NCBI RefSeq assembly: GCF_963921235.1
Contig: NC_086108.1
Coordinates: 83,764,001 to 83,828,000 of the forward strand
Direction of reading: 5' to 3'
Source of the DNA: Mobula hypostoma
Taxonomy: Eukaryota
DNA: 64,000 nucleotides
The notes under the pieces: model-generated
The model's database searches: none
The model's input: only the letters and a program-made list of their open reading frames with translations
What the model was told of the DNA's origin: nothing
Translations under genes and position numbers: made by a program
Shown: positions 1 to 12,461 of the stretch, in pieces
Position numbering within the stretch: the stretch's first letter is position 1
Layout: each line of letters starts with the position of its first letter

Positions 1-2558
1 TCAGAAAGTCAGAAGGCATGGGATCCAGGGAAATTTGCCAGGTGGATTCAGAATTGGCTTGCCTGCAGAAAGCAGAGGGTCGTGGTGGAGGGATTACATT
101 CAGATTGGAGGGTTGTGACTAGTGATGTCCCACAAGGATCTGTTCTGGGACCTCTACTTTTTGTGATTTTTATTAACAACCTGGATGTGGGGGTAGAAGG
201 ATGGGTTGGCAAGTTTGCAGATGACACAAAGGTTGGTGGTGTTGTGGATAGTGTAGAGAATTGTTGAAGATTGCAGAGAGACATTGATAAGATGCAGAAT
301 TGGGCTGAGAAGTGGCAGATGGAGTTCAACCCGGAGAAGTGTGAGGTGATACACTTCGGAAGGACAAACTCCAAGGCAAAGTACAAAGTAAATGGCAGGA
401 TACTTGGAAGTGTGGAGGAACAGAGGGATCTGGGGCTACATGTCCACAGATCCTTGAAAGTTGCCTCACAGGTAGATAGGGTAGTTAAGAAAGCTTATGG
501 AGTGTTAGCTTTCATAATTCGAGGAATAGAGTTTAAGAGTGGCGGGGTAACGATGCAGCTCTATAAACCTCTGGTTAGACCACACTTGGAGTACTGTGTC
601 CAGTTCTGGTCGCCTCACTATAGGAAGGATGTCGGAGCATTGGAAAGGGTACAGAGGAGATTTACCAGGATGCTGCCTGGTTTAGAGAGCATGCATTATG
701 ATCAGAGATTAAGGGAGCTAGGGCTTTACTCTCTGGAGAGAAGGAGGATGAGAGGAGATATGATAGAAGTATACAAGATGTTAAGAGGAATAGATAGAGT
801 GGACAGTGAGTGCCTCTTCCCCAGGGCACCACTGCTCAATACAAGAGGACATGGCTTTAAATGTAACCCCACTTTTTAAAAAAGGAGGGAGAGAGAAACC
901 GGGGAATTATAGACCAGTTAGCCTAACGTCGGTGGTGGGGAAACTGCTGGAGTCAGTTATCAAAGATGTGATAACAGCACATTTGGAAAGCGGTGAAATC
1001 ATCGGACAAAGTCAGCATGGATTTGTGAAAGCAAAATCATGTCTGACGAATCTCATAGAATTTTTTGAGGATGTAACTAGTAGAGTGGATAGGGGAGAAC
1101 CAGTGGATGTGGTATATTTGGATTTTCAAAAGGCTTTTGACAAGGTCCCACACAGGAGATTAGTGTGCAAACTTAAAGCACACAGTATTGGGGTTAAGGT
1201 ATTGATGTGGATGGAGAATTGGTTAGCAGACAGGAAGCAAAGAGTGGGAATAAACGGGACCTTTTCAGAATGGCAGGCGGTGACTAGTGGGGTACCGCAA
1301 GGCTCAGTGCTGGGACCCCAGTTGTTTACAATATATATTAATGACTTGGATGAGGGAATTAAATGCAGCATCTCCAAGTTTGCGGATGACACGAAGCTGG
1401 GCGGCAGTGTTAACTGTGAGGAGGATGCTAAGAGGATGCAGGGTGACTTGGATAGGTTGGGTGAGTGGGCAAATTCATGGCAGATGCAATTTAATGTGGA
1501 TAAATGTGAAGTTATCCACTTTGGTGGCAAAAATAGGAAAACAGATTATTATTTGAATGGTGGCCGATTAGGAAAAGGGGAGGTGCAACGAGACCTGGGT
1601 GTCATTATACACCAGTCATTGAAAGTGGGCATGTAGGTACAGCAGGCGGTGAAAAAGGCGAATGGTATGCTGGCATTTATAGCAAGAGGATTCAAGTACA
1701 GGAGCAGGGAGGTACTACTGCAGTTGTACAAGGCCTTGGTGAGACCACACCTGGAGTATTGTGTGCAGTTTTGGTCCCCTAATCTGTGGAAAGACATCCT
1801 TGCCATAGAGGGAGTACAAAGAAGGTTCACCAGATTGATTCCTGGGATGGCAGGACTTTCGTATGAAGAAAGACTGGATGAACTAGGCTTGTACTCATTG
1901 GAATTTAGAAGATTGAGGGGGGATCTGATTGAAACGTATAAAATCCTAAAGGGATTGGACAGGCTAGATGCAGGAAGATTGTTCCTGATGTTGGGGAAGT
2001 CCAGAACGAGGGGTCACAGTTTGAGGATAAAGGGGAAGCCTTTTAGGACTGAAATTAGGAAAAACTTCTTCACACAGAGAGTGGTGAATCTGTGGAATTC
2101 TCTGCCACAGGAAACAGTTGAGGCCAGTTCATTGGCTATATTTAAGAGGGAGTTAGATATGGCCCTTGTGGCTACGGGGATCAGGGGGTATGGAGGGAAG
2201 GCTGGTGCAGGGTTCTGAGTTGGATGATCAGCCATGATCATAATAAATGGCGGTGCAGGCTCGAAGGGCCGAATGGCCTACTCCTGCACCTATTTTCTAT
2301 GTTTCTATGTTTCTATGGGTTGGGAAGTTCAAGGGGGATACTAGAGGAAGATTTTTTACTCAGAGAGTGGTTGGTGCGTGGAATGCACTGCCTGAGTCAG
2401 TGGTAGAGGCAGATACACTAGTGAAATTTAAGAGACTACTAGACAGGTATATGGAGGAATTTAGGGTGGGGGGGTGTTATATGGGAGGCAGGGTTTAAGG
2501 GTCAGCACAACATTGTGGGCTGAAGGGCCTGTACTGTGCTGTACTGTTCTATGTTCTA
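1..2558 (+). mobile_element. CR1-clade LINE (family B), ORF2 reverse-transcriptase 3' part, interrupted at 861-2316 by another CR1
   Basis: ORFs 82-267 and 271-879 carry [19 protein letters not shown] and RPHLEYCVQFWSP. Host sequence resumes at 2317 (GKFKGDTRGRFFTQRVV) and ends in a TTCTATG tail. Colinear with the copy at 27306-28050. Confidence 0.93.
861..2316 (+). mobile_element. CR1-clade LINE (family A), 5'-truncated, nested in family-B CR1
   Basis: ORFs 806-1636 and 1649-2218 form a CR1 RT ([37 protein letters not shown]) split by one stop codon; ends in (TTTCTATG)n. Confidence 0.95.
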
Positions 2559-2963
2559 CCTTTAAAGGTGACTGCTTCATGTAGATATACTAATGTACTT
2601 GAAATCCATATCTATAATATATTCTGGTCAACACATGGAATTATAATATTGTAGCTATTAGTGGGACCTGGTTGCAGGAGGGGTAGGACTGCAGCTCAAT
2701 ATTCCTGGAGTTCTGCTGTTTGAGAATGATGGAGTGGGAGGGATTAAAGGAGGAGGGTGTTGTTACTAGTCAAGGAAAATGTAACAGCAGTACTCAGTCA
2801 GGACCAACCGAAGAACTCATCTAGTGAGGCGTTATGGGTGGTAATGAGGAATAAGAAATGTATTATGATACATTTATAGGTCGGGTCTGTGGGTTGAGAT
2901 TCTAAATTGGAGAAAGACCAATTCTGATGGCATCAGAAAGGATCTGGCAAAGGTGTATTTGGT

Positions 2964-4018
2964 TCACAAAGGTCCACTGCTGTTCACTCTGCTGACCCAC
3001 GACTGTGCTGCAACACACAGCTCGAATCACATCATCAAGTTTGCAAAAGACACGACTGTGGTGGGCGTCATCAGCAAGAATGACAAGTCAGCATACAGAG
3101 AGGAGGTGCAGCGGCTAACGGACTGGTGCAGAGCCAACAACCTGTCTCTGAATGTGAACAAAAGAGATGGTTGTTGACTTCAGGAGAGCACGGAGCGACC
3201 ACGCTCCATTGAACATTGACGGCTCCTCCGTAGAGATCATTAAGAGCACCAAATTTCTTGGTGTTCACCTGGTGGAGAATCTCACCTGGTCCCTCAACAC
3301 CATCTCCATAGCCAAGAAAGCCCAGCAGCATCTCTACTTTCTGCAAAGGCTGAGAAAAGTCCATCGCCCACCCCCCATCCTCACCACATTCTACGGAGGA
3401 GGTATCGAGAGCATCCTGAGCAGCTGCATCACTGCCTGGTTTGGGAATTGCACCATCTCGGATCACAGGACCCTGCAGCAGATAGTGAGGTCAGCTGAGA
3501 AGATCATCGGGGTCTCTCTCCCTGCTACTACAGACGTTTACACCACATGCTGCACCCGCAAAGCTACCAGTATTGCGAAGGACCCCACGCACCCCTCAGA
3601 CAAACTCTTCTCCCTCCTGCCATTGGGCAAAAGGTACTGAAGGTTTCAGACTCTCACGACCAGACTGTGCAACAGTTTCTTCCCCCAAGCCATCAGACTC
3701 CTCAATACCCAGAGTCTAGACTGACATCTACATCATTTATTATTATATTGTAATTTGTCCTCCACTGTGCCTATTGTCTTGTTTATTAATTATTGTACTG
3801 CCCTGCACTGTTTTGTGCACTTTATGTAGTCCTGTGCAGGTCTGTAGTCTAGTGCAGTTTTTATGTTGTTTTATGTAGTCTAGTGTAGCCTTGTGCTGTC
3901 TCACACAGTCTAGTGTAGTTTTGTGTTGTTTCATGTAGCACCATGGTCCTGGAGGAACGTTGTTTCGTTTTTACTGTGTACTGTACCGCAGCTTATGGTC
4001 AAAATAACAATAAACTTG
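2964..4018 (+). mobile_element. Rex1/Babar-type non-LTR retrotransposon, 3' part
   Basis: PLLFTLLTHDC...IIKFAKDTTVVG...AYREEV and KFLGVHL...[10 protein letters not shown]...[13 protein letters not shown] motifs; AATAAACTTG end; flanks ATTTGGT (2957-2963) and ACTTGGT (4019-4025) are a likely TSD. Confidence 0.88.
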
Positions 4019-4989
4019 ACTTGGTAAGTGGGGGCCTTCAAAAGTGAAATTTTGAGAGTACAAAGCTTCTGTATGCCTGTCAGAATAAAAGGTAAAGATA
4101 TCAGGTTTAGGAAGACTTGGTTTTCAAAAGATGTTGAGAGCCTGGTTAAAAAACAAAAAGGAGGTGCATAGCAGGTCTAGACAGGTAGGAACAAATGAGG
4201 TACATATGGAGTATAGGAAATGCAAGAGAACACTTAAGAAAGAAATCAGGAGGGCTAAAAGACGGCATGAGGTTGCCCTAGCAGACAAGGTGAAGGAGAA
4301 TCCTAAGGGATTCTACGGGTATGTGAAGAGCAAAAGGATTGTGAGGGACAAAATTGGTAATCCATGCATGGAGCCAAATGAGATTGGGGAAATCTTAAGT
4401 GGATTTTGTTTGCATCTGTATTTACCTAGGAGATGGACACATAGTCAATAGACGGGAGGCAAAGCAGCAGCGATGTCATGGCCCCTATACAAATTACAGA
4501 GGAGGAGGTGTTTGCTGTCTTGAGGCAAATTATGGTGGATAATTCCCCAGGGCCTGACAAGGTGTTCCTTGGACCCTGTAGGAGGCAAGTGCAGAAACTG
4601 CCGGGGCCCTTGCAGAGATATTTAAATCATTCTTAGTGACAGGAGAGGTACCAGACAATTGAAGAAGACCTAATGTTGTACCACTGTTTAAGAAAGGCTC
4701 TAAAAATAAACCAGGAAATTATAGGCTGGTGAGCCCAACATCAGCTGTGGAAAAGTTATTGAAAGGTATTTGAAGGGACAGATATATGTGTATTTGGATA
4801 GACATGGATATTAGGGATAGTCAGCATGGCTTCTGCGGGGTAGGTTGTATCTAACCAATCTTACAGAGTTTTTTGAGTAAGTTACCAGAAAAGTTGATGA
4901 AGGCAAGGCAGTGGATGTTGTTCACATGGACTTTAGTGAGGCATTTGACAAGGTCCATCATGGTAGGTTAGTCAAGAAGGTTCAGTCAC

Positions 4990-6176
4990 AAACAAGAGAA
5001 AATATGCAGATGCTGGAAATCCGAGTAACAAACACAAAATGCTGGAGGAATTCAGCAGGCCAGGCAGCATCTATGGAAAAAAGTACAGTTGACATTTCGG
5101 GTTGAAATCCTTTGGCAGGACTGGAGAAAAAATGCTTAGGTGGCAGGAGGGGAGAGAGAAACACAAGGTGACAGGTGAAACCTGAAGGGGGAGGGATGAA
5201 GTAAAGAGCTGGGAAGTTGATTGGGGAAAGAGACAGAACACCATGGAAGAAAGAAAAGAGGGGAGGAACACCAGAGGAAGTCGATGGGCTGGCAAGGAGA
5301 TACGGTGAGAGAAGGGAAAAAAAAGTCAAAATCTGTCCCAAGCCTCTATGGCCCATCAGGCTGGTACTTATGCCGGTTTCTGTGGCGTGAAGCAACTGAG
5401 AGTATGAGACTTCCCTCCAGTTTGGACGCCAGTCTATCGCGAGGTTAACCCCCATCATTTGCTGGTACCCATTTTCAGCTGGGTGGACTGGAGCAGTGTG
5501 TGGTTAAGTGCCTCGCTCAAAGACACAACACACTGCCTTGGTCAAGACTCGAACCCACGACCTTCAGATCGTGAGCCCAATGCCCTAACCACTTGGCGAT
5601 GGTTAGGAAAAGGGGATGGGAAATGATGAAGGAGAGGGGTTGGGGTCAATACCAGAAGTTTGAGAAAGCGATGTTCATACCATCAAGCTGGAGGCTACCA
5701 AAAATGGAATATAAGGTGTTGTTCCTCCAATCTAAGTGTGGCTTCATCACAACAGTAAAGGAGGCCATAGATTGACTAGGAATGGGAAGTGGAATTAAAA
5801 TGGGTGGCCTCTGGGAGATATCGCTTTTTCTGGCAGACGGAGTATAGGTGCTCGGCGAAGCGGTCTCCCAATCTACATCGGGTCTCACCGATACAGAAGA
5901 GGCCACACCGGGAGCACCAGAAACAGTATATGACCCCAAGTGTCACCTCACCTGGAAGGACTGTTTAGGGCACTGAATGGTAGTGAGAGAGGAGGTGTAG
6001 GGGCAGGTGTAGCACTTTTTCCGCTTGCAAGGGTAACTGCCAGGAGGGAGATCAGTGCGGAGAGATGAATGGACAAGGGAGTCGCACAAGGAGTGATTCC
6101 TGTGGAAAGCAGAAAGTGGGGGTGGGGGTGGAGGGAAAGGTGTACTTGGTGGTGGGATCCCGTTAGAGATAGCAAA
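4990..6176 (-). mobile_element. Penelope-like element (GIY-YIG end plus terminal repeat) inserted in CR1
   Basis: Same GIY-YIG-region and terminal-repeat sequence as 29627-30410; exact 10-bp TSD GTTCAGTCAC at 4980-4989 and 6177-6186. Confidence 0.88.
5321..5603 (-). mobile_element. tRNA-derived SINE with Nin/Deu-type central domain, nested in the Penelope copy
   Basis: Minus strand shows an A-box-like TCGCCAAGTGG (5589-5599) and B box GGTTCGAGTC (5546-5555), then GTGTTGTGTCTTTGAGCGAGGCACTTAACC...TCCACCCAGCTGAAAATGGGTACC. Penelope sequence is contiguous on both sides. Confidence 0.75.
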
Positions 6177-7679
6177 GTTCAGTCACTCAGCATTCAAGAT
6201 GAGGTAGTAAATTGGATTAGATATTGGCTTTGTGGGTGAAGTCAGAAAGTCGTGGTAGATAGTTGCCTCTCGGACTAGTGATCTGTGACTAGTGGATTGC
6301 CACAGGGACTGGTGCTGGGTCTGTTGTTGTTTGTCATCTATACCAATGACCTGGATAATAATGTAGTTAACTGGATCAGCAAATTTACGAATGACACCAA
6401 GATTAGGAGTGTAGTGGACAGTGAGGAAGACTATCAGAGCTTGCAGCGGGATCTGGATCAGCTGGGAAAATGGGCTGATGAAGGGAAATGGAATTCAATG
6501 CAGAAAAGTGTGAGGTGTTACACTTTTGTAGGACCAATCTGAGTAGGTCTTACACAGAGAATGGTGGAGCACTGAGGAGAGTGGTAGAACCAAGGGATAT
6601 GGGAACATAAGGCCATAATTCATTGAAAGCAGCATCACAGGTAGCTCAGGTCATAAAGAAAGCTTTTGATACACTGGCCTTCATAAATCAAAGTACTGAG
6701 TACAGGAGATAGGATGTTATGTTGAAGTTGTGTAACACGTTGGTGAGGCCTTATTTGAGTGTTGTATGAAATTTTGGTCACCTACCTACACAAAAGACGT
6801 AAACAAGGTTGAAAGAGTACAGAAAAAATTTACAAGGATGTTGCTGGGACTGGAGGACCTGAGTTATAGGTGAAGATTGAATAGTTTAGAGCTTTATTCC
6901 TTGGAGCATAGAAGGTTGAGGGGAGATTTGATAGAGGTATACAAAATTATGAGGGGGTATTGATAGGGTAAATGCAAGTAGGCTTTTTCCACTGAGGTTG
7001 GGTGGGACTACAACTAGCGGTCATGGGTTAAAGGTGAAAAGTGAAAGGTTTAAGGGGAACATGAGGGGAAACTTCAATCAGAAGGTCATGTGAGTGTGGA
7101 ACAAGCTGCATGCACAAGTAGTGCATGCGAGCTTGATTTCAATGCTTAAAAGAAGTTTGGATAGGTACGTGGATGGTAGGGGCATGGAGGGTTATGGTCC
7201 CTGTGCATGTCGATGGGAGAAGGCAGTTTATATAGTTCAGCACAGACTAGAGGGGCCAAAAGGCCTGATCTGTACTGTACTTCTCCATGACTCTGTGACT
7301 CTATTTTTTCCACAGCTTAAATTAATATCATATTTAATAGTTTTTCATGATATTTGTTGCCATTAGTTTAAGAAATGATACCAGATTACACAACTCCTTT
7401 CCAAATAGATTGCCTTCCACAACCCTTAACAAAATAAATAAAGTGCGATATGTTATTAAATTGTAATCCAAGGACAATGGCTGGTAAGGAGTAATTTCAT
7501 TTGAATGTACCTGTTCTGCAGGGCAAGCAGAACTTTCCAGTTTAAGGATAAACAAAATCAAATTTGATCTGATGTGGCTACAACCAATCAACTTTTAAAT
7601 GATTAGCTAAAACAAAATTGCTCCTAGCTAGGTTATATTCAACAGGGTTAGTACAAATTGTGAGTGGTGTGTTGCTTAC

Positions 7680-7728
7680 CTCTGAATAGCTGGTCTCCTA
7701 GAGACACAGTGAAATCTGAGCTGTCCAT
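7680..7728 (-). CDS. Putative first coding exon of an unidentified host gene (MDSSDFTVSLGDQLFR, phase-1 donor); whole exon 7680-7786
   Basis: Non-repeat DNA. Minus strand: acceptor AAAATTTTTTGCAG|, a 5' part closed in all frames, ATG in strong Kozak context (attATGg), 16 open codons and donor CAGAG|GTAAGC. No homology recognised. Confidence 0.35.
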
Positions 7729-8029
7729 AATTTATGTGCTGTCATTTGATAATTATCTACATTAGATTTTCACCTTCAAATAACCTCTGCAAAAAATTTT
7801 GATGGCTTCTTCTATCTCACTGTCATAATCAATAGATTAGCAGAAAGGAAATTAGGAACCATTTTTATAGCTGTTCACCCTGTATCTCCGAGGGTTCAGG
7901 TGATCCTTCAACTAAATTACTGTAGGCAAGCAGGAGAGCCTTATGTAACTTCTGAGACCTCCAGGGCTACTGCTACAGGAGTTTCTGTCCAAGTACTTTT
8001 TATTGAAACTTCTATCTATATTTAATGTC

Positions 8030-9270
8030 CAAAGTTCGAAGATCAAAGTAAATTTATCATCAAAGTACATATACAGTATGCCACCATATACTACCTTGAG
8101 ATCACTTTCTTGCAGGCATTTGCAGTAGAGCAAAGAAATATGATAGAGTAAATGAAAAACTGCAATAAAAAACAGCAATTAATATACAAATGATTGCAAA
8201 TGGTGCAAATAGAAAAAAACAGATAGACAGGCAGATACAGTGGTTAGATAGATAGTTACAATAGATAGATACGTAGATAGGCAGATAGAGTAGATAGATA
8301 GATACGATAGATAGATAGATAGATTAGATTAAATTAGATTCTGAGGACACGCAGTCCTCTTTTATTGTCATTTAGTAATGCATGCATTAAGAAATGATAC
8401 AATATTCCTCGTGTGATATCACAGAAACATAGGACAGACCAAGACTGAAAAACTAACAAAACCACATAATTATAACATATAGTTACAACACTGCAACAAT
8501 ACCATAACTTGATGAAGAACAGGCCATGGGCACAGTAAAAGAAGTTCAAAGTCTCTCGAAAGTCCCGCATCACACGCAGACAGGAGAAGGAAGAAAACTC
8601 TCCCTGTCATGCCCGACCACAGTCCGACTCTGTGTCGTCCGAAAACTTCGAACTCTGATCAGCCCTCCGACACTGAGTACCGATGGATTGATAGGTAGAT
8701 AGATAGATAGATGAAAAAAATAATGCTGAGAACATGAGTTGTAGAGTCCTTGAATGTGAGTCCATAGGTTATAGAATCAGTTCAATATTGAGGTTATTCA
8801 TGTTGGCTGCAGGAGCCTAATAGTTGAAGGGTAATAACTTTTCTTGAAACTGATGGTGTGGGACCTAAAGCTTGTGAGCCTCTTTCCCAATGGCAGAAAT
8901 GAGAAGAAAGCATGGCCTGGATGCTGTAGGTTCCTGATGACAGATACCATTTTCTTGCGACAGGGCTCAATGTTAGGGAGGGCTTTGCCTGTGATGGACC
9001 GGACTGAATCCACCACTTCTTGTAGGTTTTCTGCATCTGGATGAGAAAAAACCAAATGAGCTTTGCCTGTGGATGTTTTGCAGGCAGAGCTGTACATGAC
9101 GCAATTCCATTCCTGCTGCTAATAGTGATCTAGGGAAAGGTGGTACCCTCTTTGATAGCAGGAAAGCCATCTGTGTCCGCAAAGCCTTATGCACCCACAT
9201 GTCAACCACAATCTTGAGCTGCAGGAGGGCAGTATTTCTCACTAACATTCTGTGCAGCAGCATTGACTAA
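8030..9270 (-). repeat. Degenerate Rex1-like 3' fragments interleaved with (GATA)n microsatellite (about 8220-8340 and 8685-8712)
   Basis: Visible GATA repeats; minus ORF remnant QHPGHAFFSFLPLGKR...FKKSYYPSTIRLL resembles a Rex1 ORF C-terminus. Confidence 0.6.
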
Positions 9271-9329
9271 ATACTTTATTAATAACACATTTTCATTAAA
9301 CAGAACTTTATGGTAAATAATCACTGCAA

Positions 9330-10032
9330 ATAATGAAGAGGTGAGCACAGGCAAGGCTGAATCAAGAATCAAAGCGTACGGGTGTGAGGCAAAGTCGGAG
9401 CGATGTCAAGGCAGGTTGGAGACAGAGTCAGTGCATGCGAAGCAGGGAAAAGTTGGACTGGAGGAAATTCAGGTCCCATCTACTCAAACTGAGAGCAAAG
9501 TTTGATCAATCTAAGTGCCAGGCCAATTTGGAATGATAAGCTACGGGCCGAAACAAGGCAGCATGGTACAGGCCCAGGCATATTGATGCAACGGGGCCCA
9601 ATTCTTAGAGTGAGGAACAACCTGATGTTTAGACAATTTGATGGATTGAAAAGACAGGGTGTCAGGACCAGTAACAAGGGTTGGGTCAGTTCTGTTCGCT
9701 GCTCCTCAACTTTTACTCTGCTCTTTGCTGCATTGAGGCTGAGGCTCTGGGCTTCATGACGTGTTGCTCCGCTGTGTAATGGACTGAGGCTGAGGCAGTG
9801 GACCTGCTCTGGGCTTCGTGTCTGAGGACTCACTTTAGTTCTAAATGCTATTTGCTTTCTTTTATTGTTTGGATGATTTGTTTTTTTCTCGCTCTCTGCG
9901 CATTGTGTGTTTGTTTTTATTTAATGTTTCTTTTGGGTTTCTTTGTTCCGCAGCTGCCTGTAAGGAGACAAACCTCAGGGTTGTATAATGAATACATACT
10001 TTGATAATAAATGTACTTTGAACTTTTGAACT
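9330..10032 (+). mobile_element. Non-autonomous interspersed repeat with AATAAA and (TTTGAAC) tail; related copies at 45076-45892 (-) and 48930-49608 (+)
   Basis: Shared 3' block GGGTTTCTT...GCTGCCTGTAAGGAGACAAA...TGATAATAAATGTACTTTGAA in three copies. Confidence 0.55.
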
Positions 10033-10377
10033 TTGGTGAGACTGCATGTTATTGCACAAGAACTGGATTTAAGTGTAAACTTTTCAAACAACTGAGTCAG
10101 TCTGTCAACATTTATGGAAGTTCACTCACACAGATTAAAGACATTATTGATCTTCATAATTCTTTCTGAAATATTTGATTTCATCCTTGGCTTCCTACTT
10201 ATAAGACATTGTATGATGTAAGTAGGCAGTGATTCCAGCCCTTTTGGGTGAATTCTCAATCCTAAATTTAATGTGGGCTAGCTAGACAAGACTGCATAGC
10301 TGCAACTGACAACATAAAATGAAGTGAGATCAGCAGTTTAATACATCAGATAGTTTCTGATAAATTAATTCCTTAAC

Positions 10378-10695
10378 AAGACCATAAGGCCATAGGATAT
10401 AGGAGCAGAATTAGGCCATTGAGCCCATCATATCTGCTCTGCCATTCCATCATAGCTAATTTATTATCCCTCTCACACCATTCTCTTGCCTTTTACCTAT
10501 AACCTTTGATGCCCTTACTACTCAAGAAGCTATCAACCTCTACTTTAAATATACCCAATGACTTCAGAACCATCTATGGCAATGAATTCCACAGATTCAC
10601 CACCCTATGGCTAAAGAAATTCCTCCTCATCTCTGTTCCAAAGGGGCACCCTTCTATTCTAAGGCTGTGCTCTCCGGTTCTAGACACTCACTATA
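10378..10695 (-). mobile_element. CR1 3'-end fragment
   Basis: Matches the 3' UTR and ORF2 C-terminus of the other CR1 copies (ACCATAAG repeats, FFSQRVVNLWN-type region). Confidence 0.8.
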
Positions 10696-12461
10696 CGAAA
10701 GATAATGGTAATCTTTAACTTTGTGGTTGTAGAATAATTTAGCCAATATAATTTTCAGTGTATATTTTATGGCTGATCTCGTGCTGTAGTGAGGGTAGAA
10801 TGCTTTGTGGCTTGTAATACTTCTATTTATTTACCTGTTATTACTTAGATTATTTTAATGGATTGTTATATTTCTATAAACGCTTCTAAATGATTGATTA
10901 AAAGCATCTGCCCAGAATGGATCCTTTTCTTGATCAGATTTTAATAACTGGTTGGAATGTAACATACTGCTATAGTGTAATATTCTCTACAATATTTCAA
11001 CTGTGAGAATGAGAGCAATTTTGTTTCTTTGGATGGAGCATCAAGAGATTTTAACACGTCCATATCATCGGTTTATCAAATGAGGCAACAAAATTGAAAA
11101 ACCAAATGCATGCAGAAAAGATATTAAGCTGTGCTTATGAAACAATTCAATATTCTAATTCTTAGAATAACATTTGTATCTGGTTGGAATTAGAGTAGTT
11201 AATCAAACCATGCTACAGCTATAGTGATTTTGCAATAGATGGCTGTACACTGCAGGCAAGTTATCCACTGGACATAGCTCAACATATTACGTGATGCAGA
11301 GACAGAGGGAGAAAAGGCAGACAGACAATTTTATTTTTTCTATTCTTCATTGCTTATTACATTGAAACCCATAGCTTTCCAATAGTGTTCATTATTTTTG
11401 TGTCTCACTGATTTTTGCTAGAGGCATCTTCTTCTGTGCCCAGTGCTTCCAGTACGGACTAAGTCTGCCAAAATGTGCAAACAATGAAGTATAACAACCT
11501 CTTTCATATTGCTCCCTACTATATTCAGTAGGGAACAAAACACACTAAGAACGTTTATTTTAAGTGCATCACATTGAAAGATTACATAAGGCAATAGTTA
11601 ATCATCAAAAATGTGTACCAAGAAGCATGAGGTTTCAGAAAGATTTTTTAAGGCACCAATATAAGTGAGCATGAAGAGAAAGCACAAGAAGATGGAGTAG
11701 GATGAGAGCTGTGGGACATCTTAATTATTTTGCATTCGATACGCTAGATTATTTGATCACTGCCTCTTGCCATCCTGACACCAAAAAAAGCAATCTTCCT
11801 CCCAATGCATGCAGATGAAGTGTGTGCCATTATGTCCCTTGGTTCAGATAATTGTTGCAGAGATTCCACATGGGATCCCTCCTGTTCCTTCTCCTGAGAA
11901 CATATACAGTATTTCTTTATAGCATTGAAGTTGGCTTTTCAGTCCATCAAGACAATGCAAGCGTTCAAAGCAATCCTAGCAATTCTTGTAATTTGGCTCC
12001 TTGTAATTTATTGCGTCTGATGCACCATTAACTCTCCAGTTTGCCTACAATCCACCTACACTAGCCAATTAACGTACCACTCAGTGAATCTTGGTGATAT
12101 GGAGGGGAAACTGAAGAACTGAGAGGAAGCTCATACAATCACATGGGAGAGACCACGTAAATTCCTCGTGGACAGCAAGGGAGGTTAGTATTGAACCTGA
12201 GTCACTGGAGCTAAAGAGTATCACCCTGCCTGATGCAATGCTCTACTGCCTAAGGCCATGCAACCCTTTGAGCCATCTTCCCATCATTCATAAAGTTTGA
12301 ACCTTGAGTTCACATCCTCCTCTCTCCCTTTCCACCCACATCCTATGTTTTCCATATTGTCCATCAAGCCATCAGTCGCAGCCTTGAATGTACTCAGAGA
12401 CTGAGCAAGCTGAGGTAAAGATTTCAAAAGATTTTTAATTCTCTGGCAAAAGAAAGTTATA

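Larger units (their letters stand above)
2590..7303 (+). mobile_element. Decayed CR1-clade LINE (family C) carrying nested Rex1-type and Penelope insertions
   Basis: ORF remnants KVKENPKGFYGYVKSKR (4131-4451), MDFSEAFDKVHH (4911 onward) and SGLPQGLVLG...KFTNDTK (6285-6542); tail CCATGACTCTGTGACTCTA near 7300. Confidence 0.88.

Noticed and set aside
5540..5603. Possible tRNA gene
   Set aside because: It is the tRNA-derived head of a SINE, with no complete cloverleaf or terminator.
11421..11462. Possible plus-strand terminal exon (ASSSVPSASSTD*)
   Set aside because: It is too short and low-complexity, with no upstream exons found.
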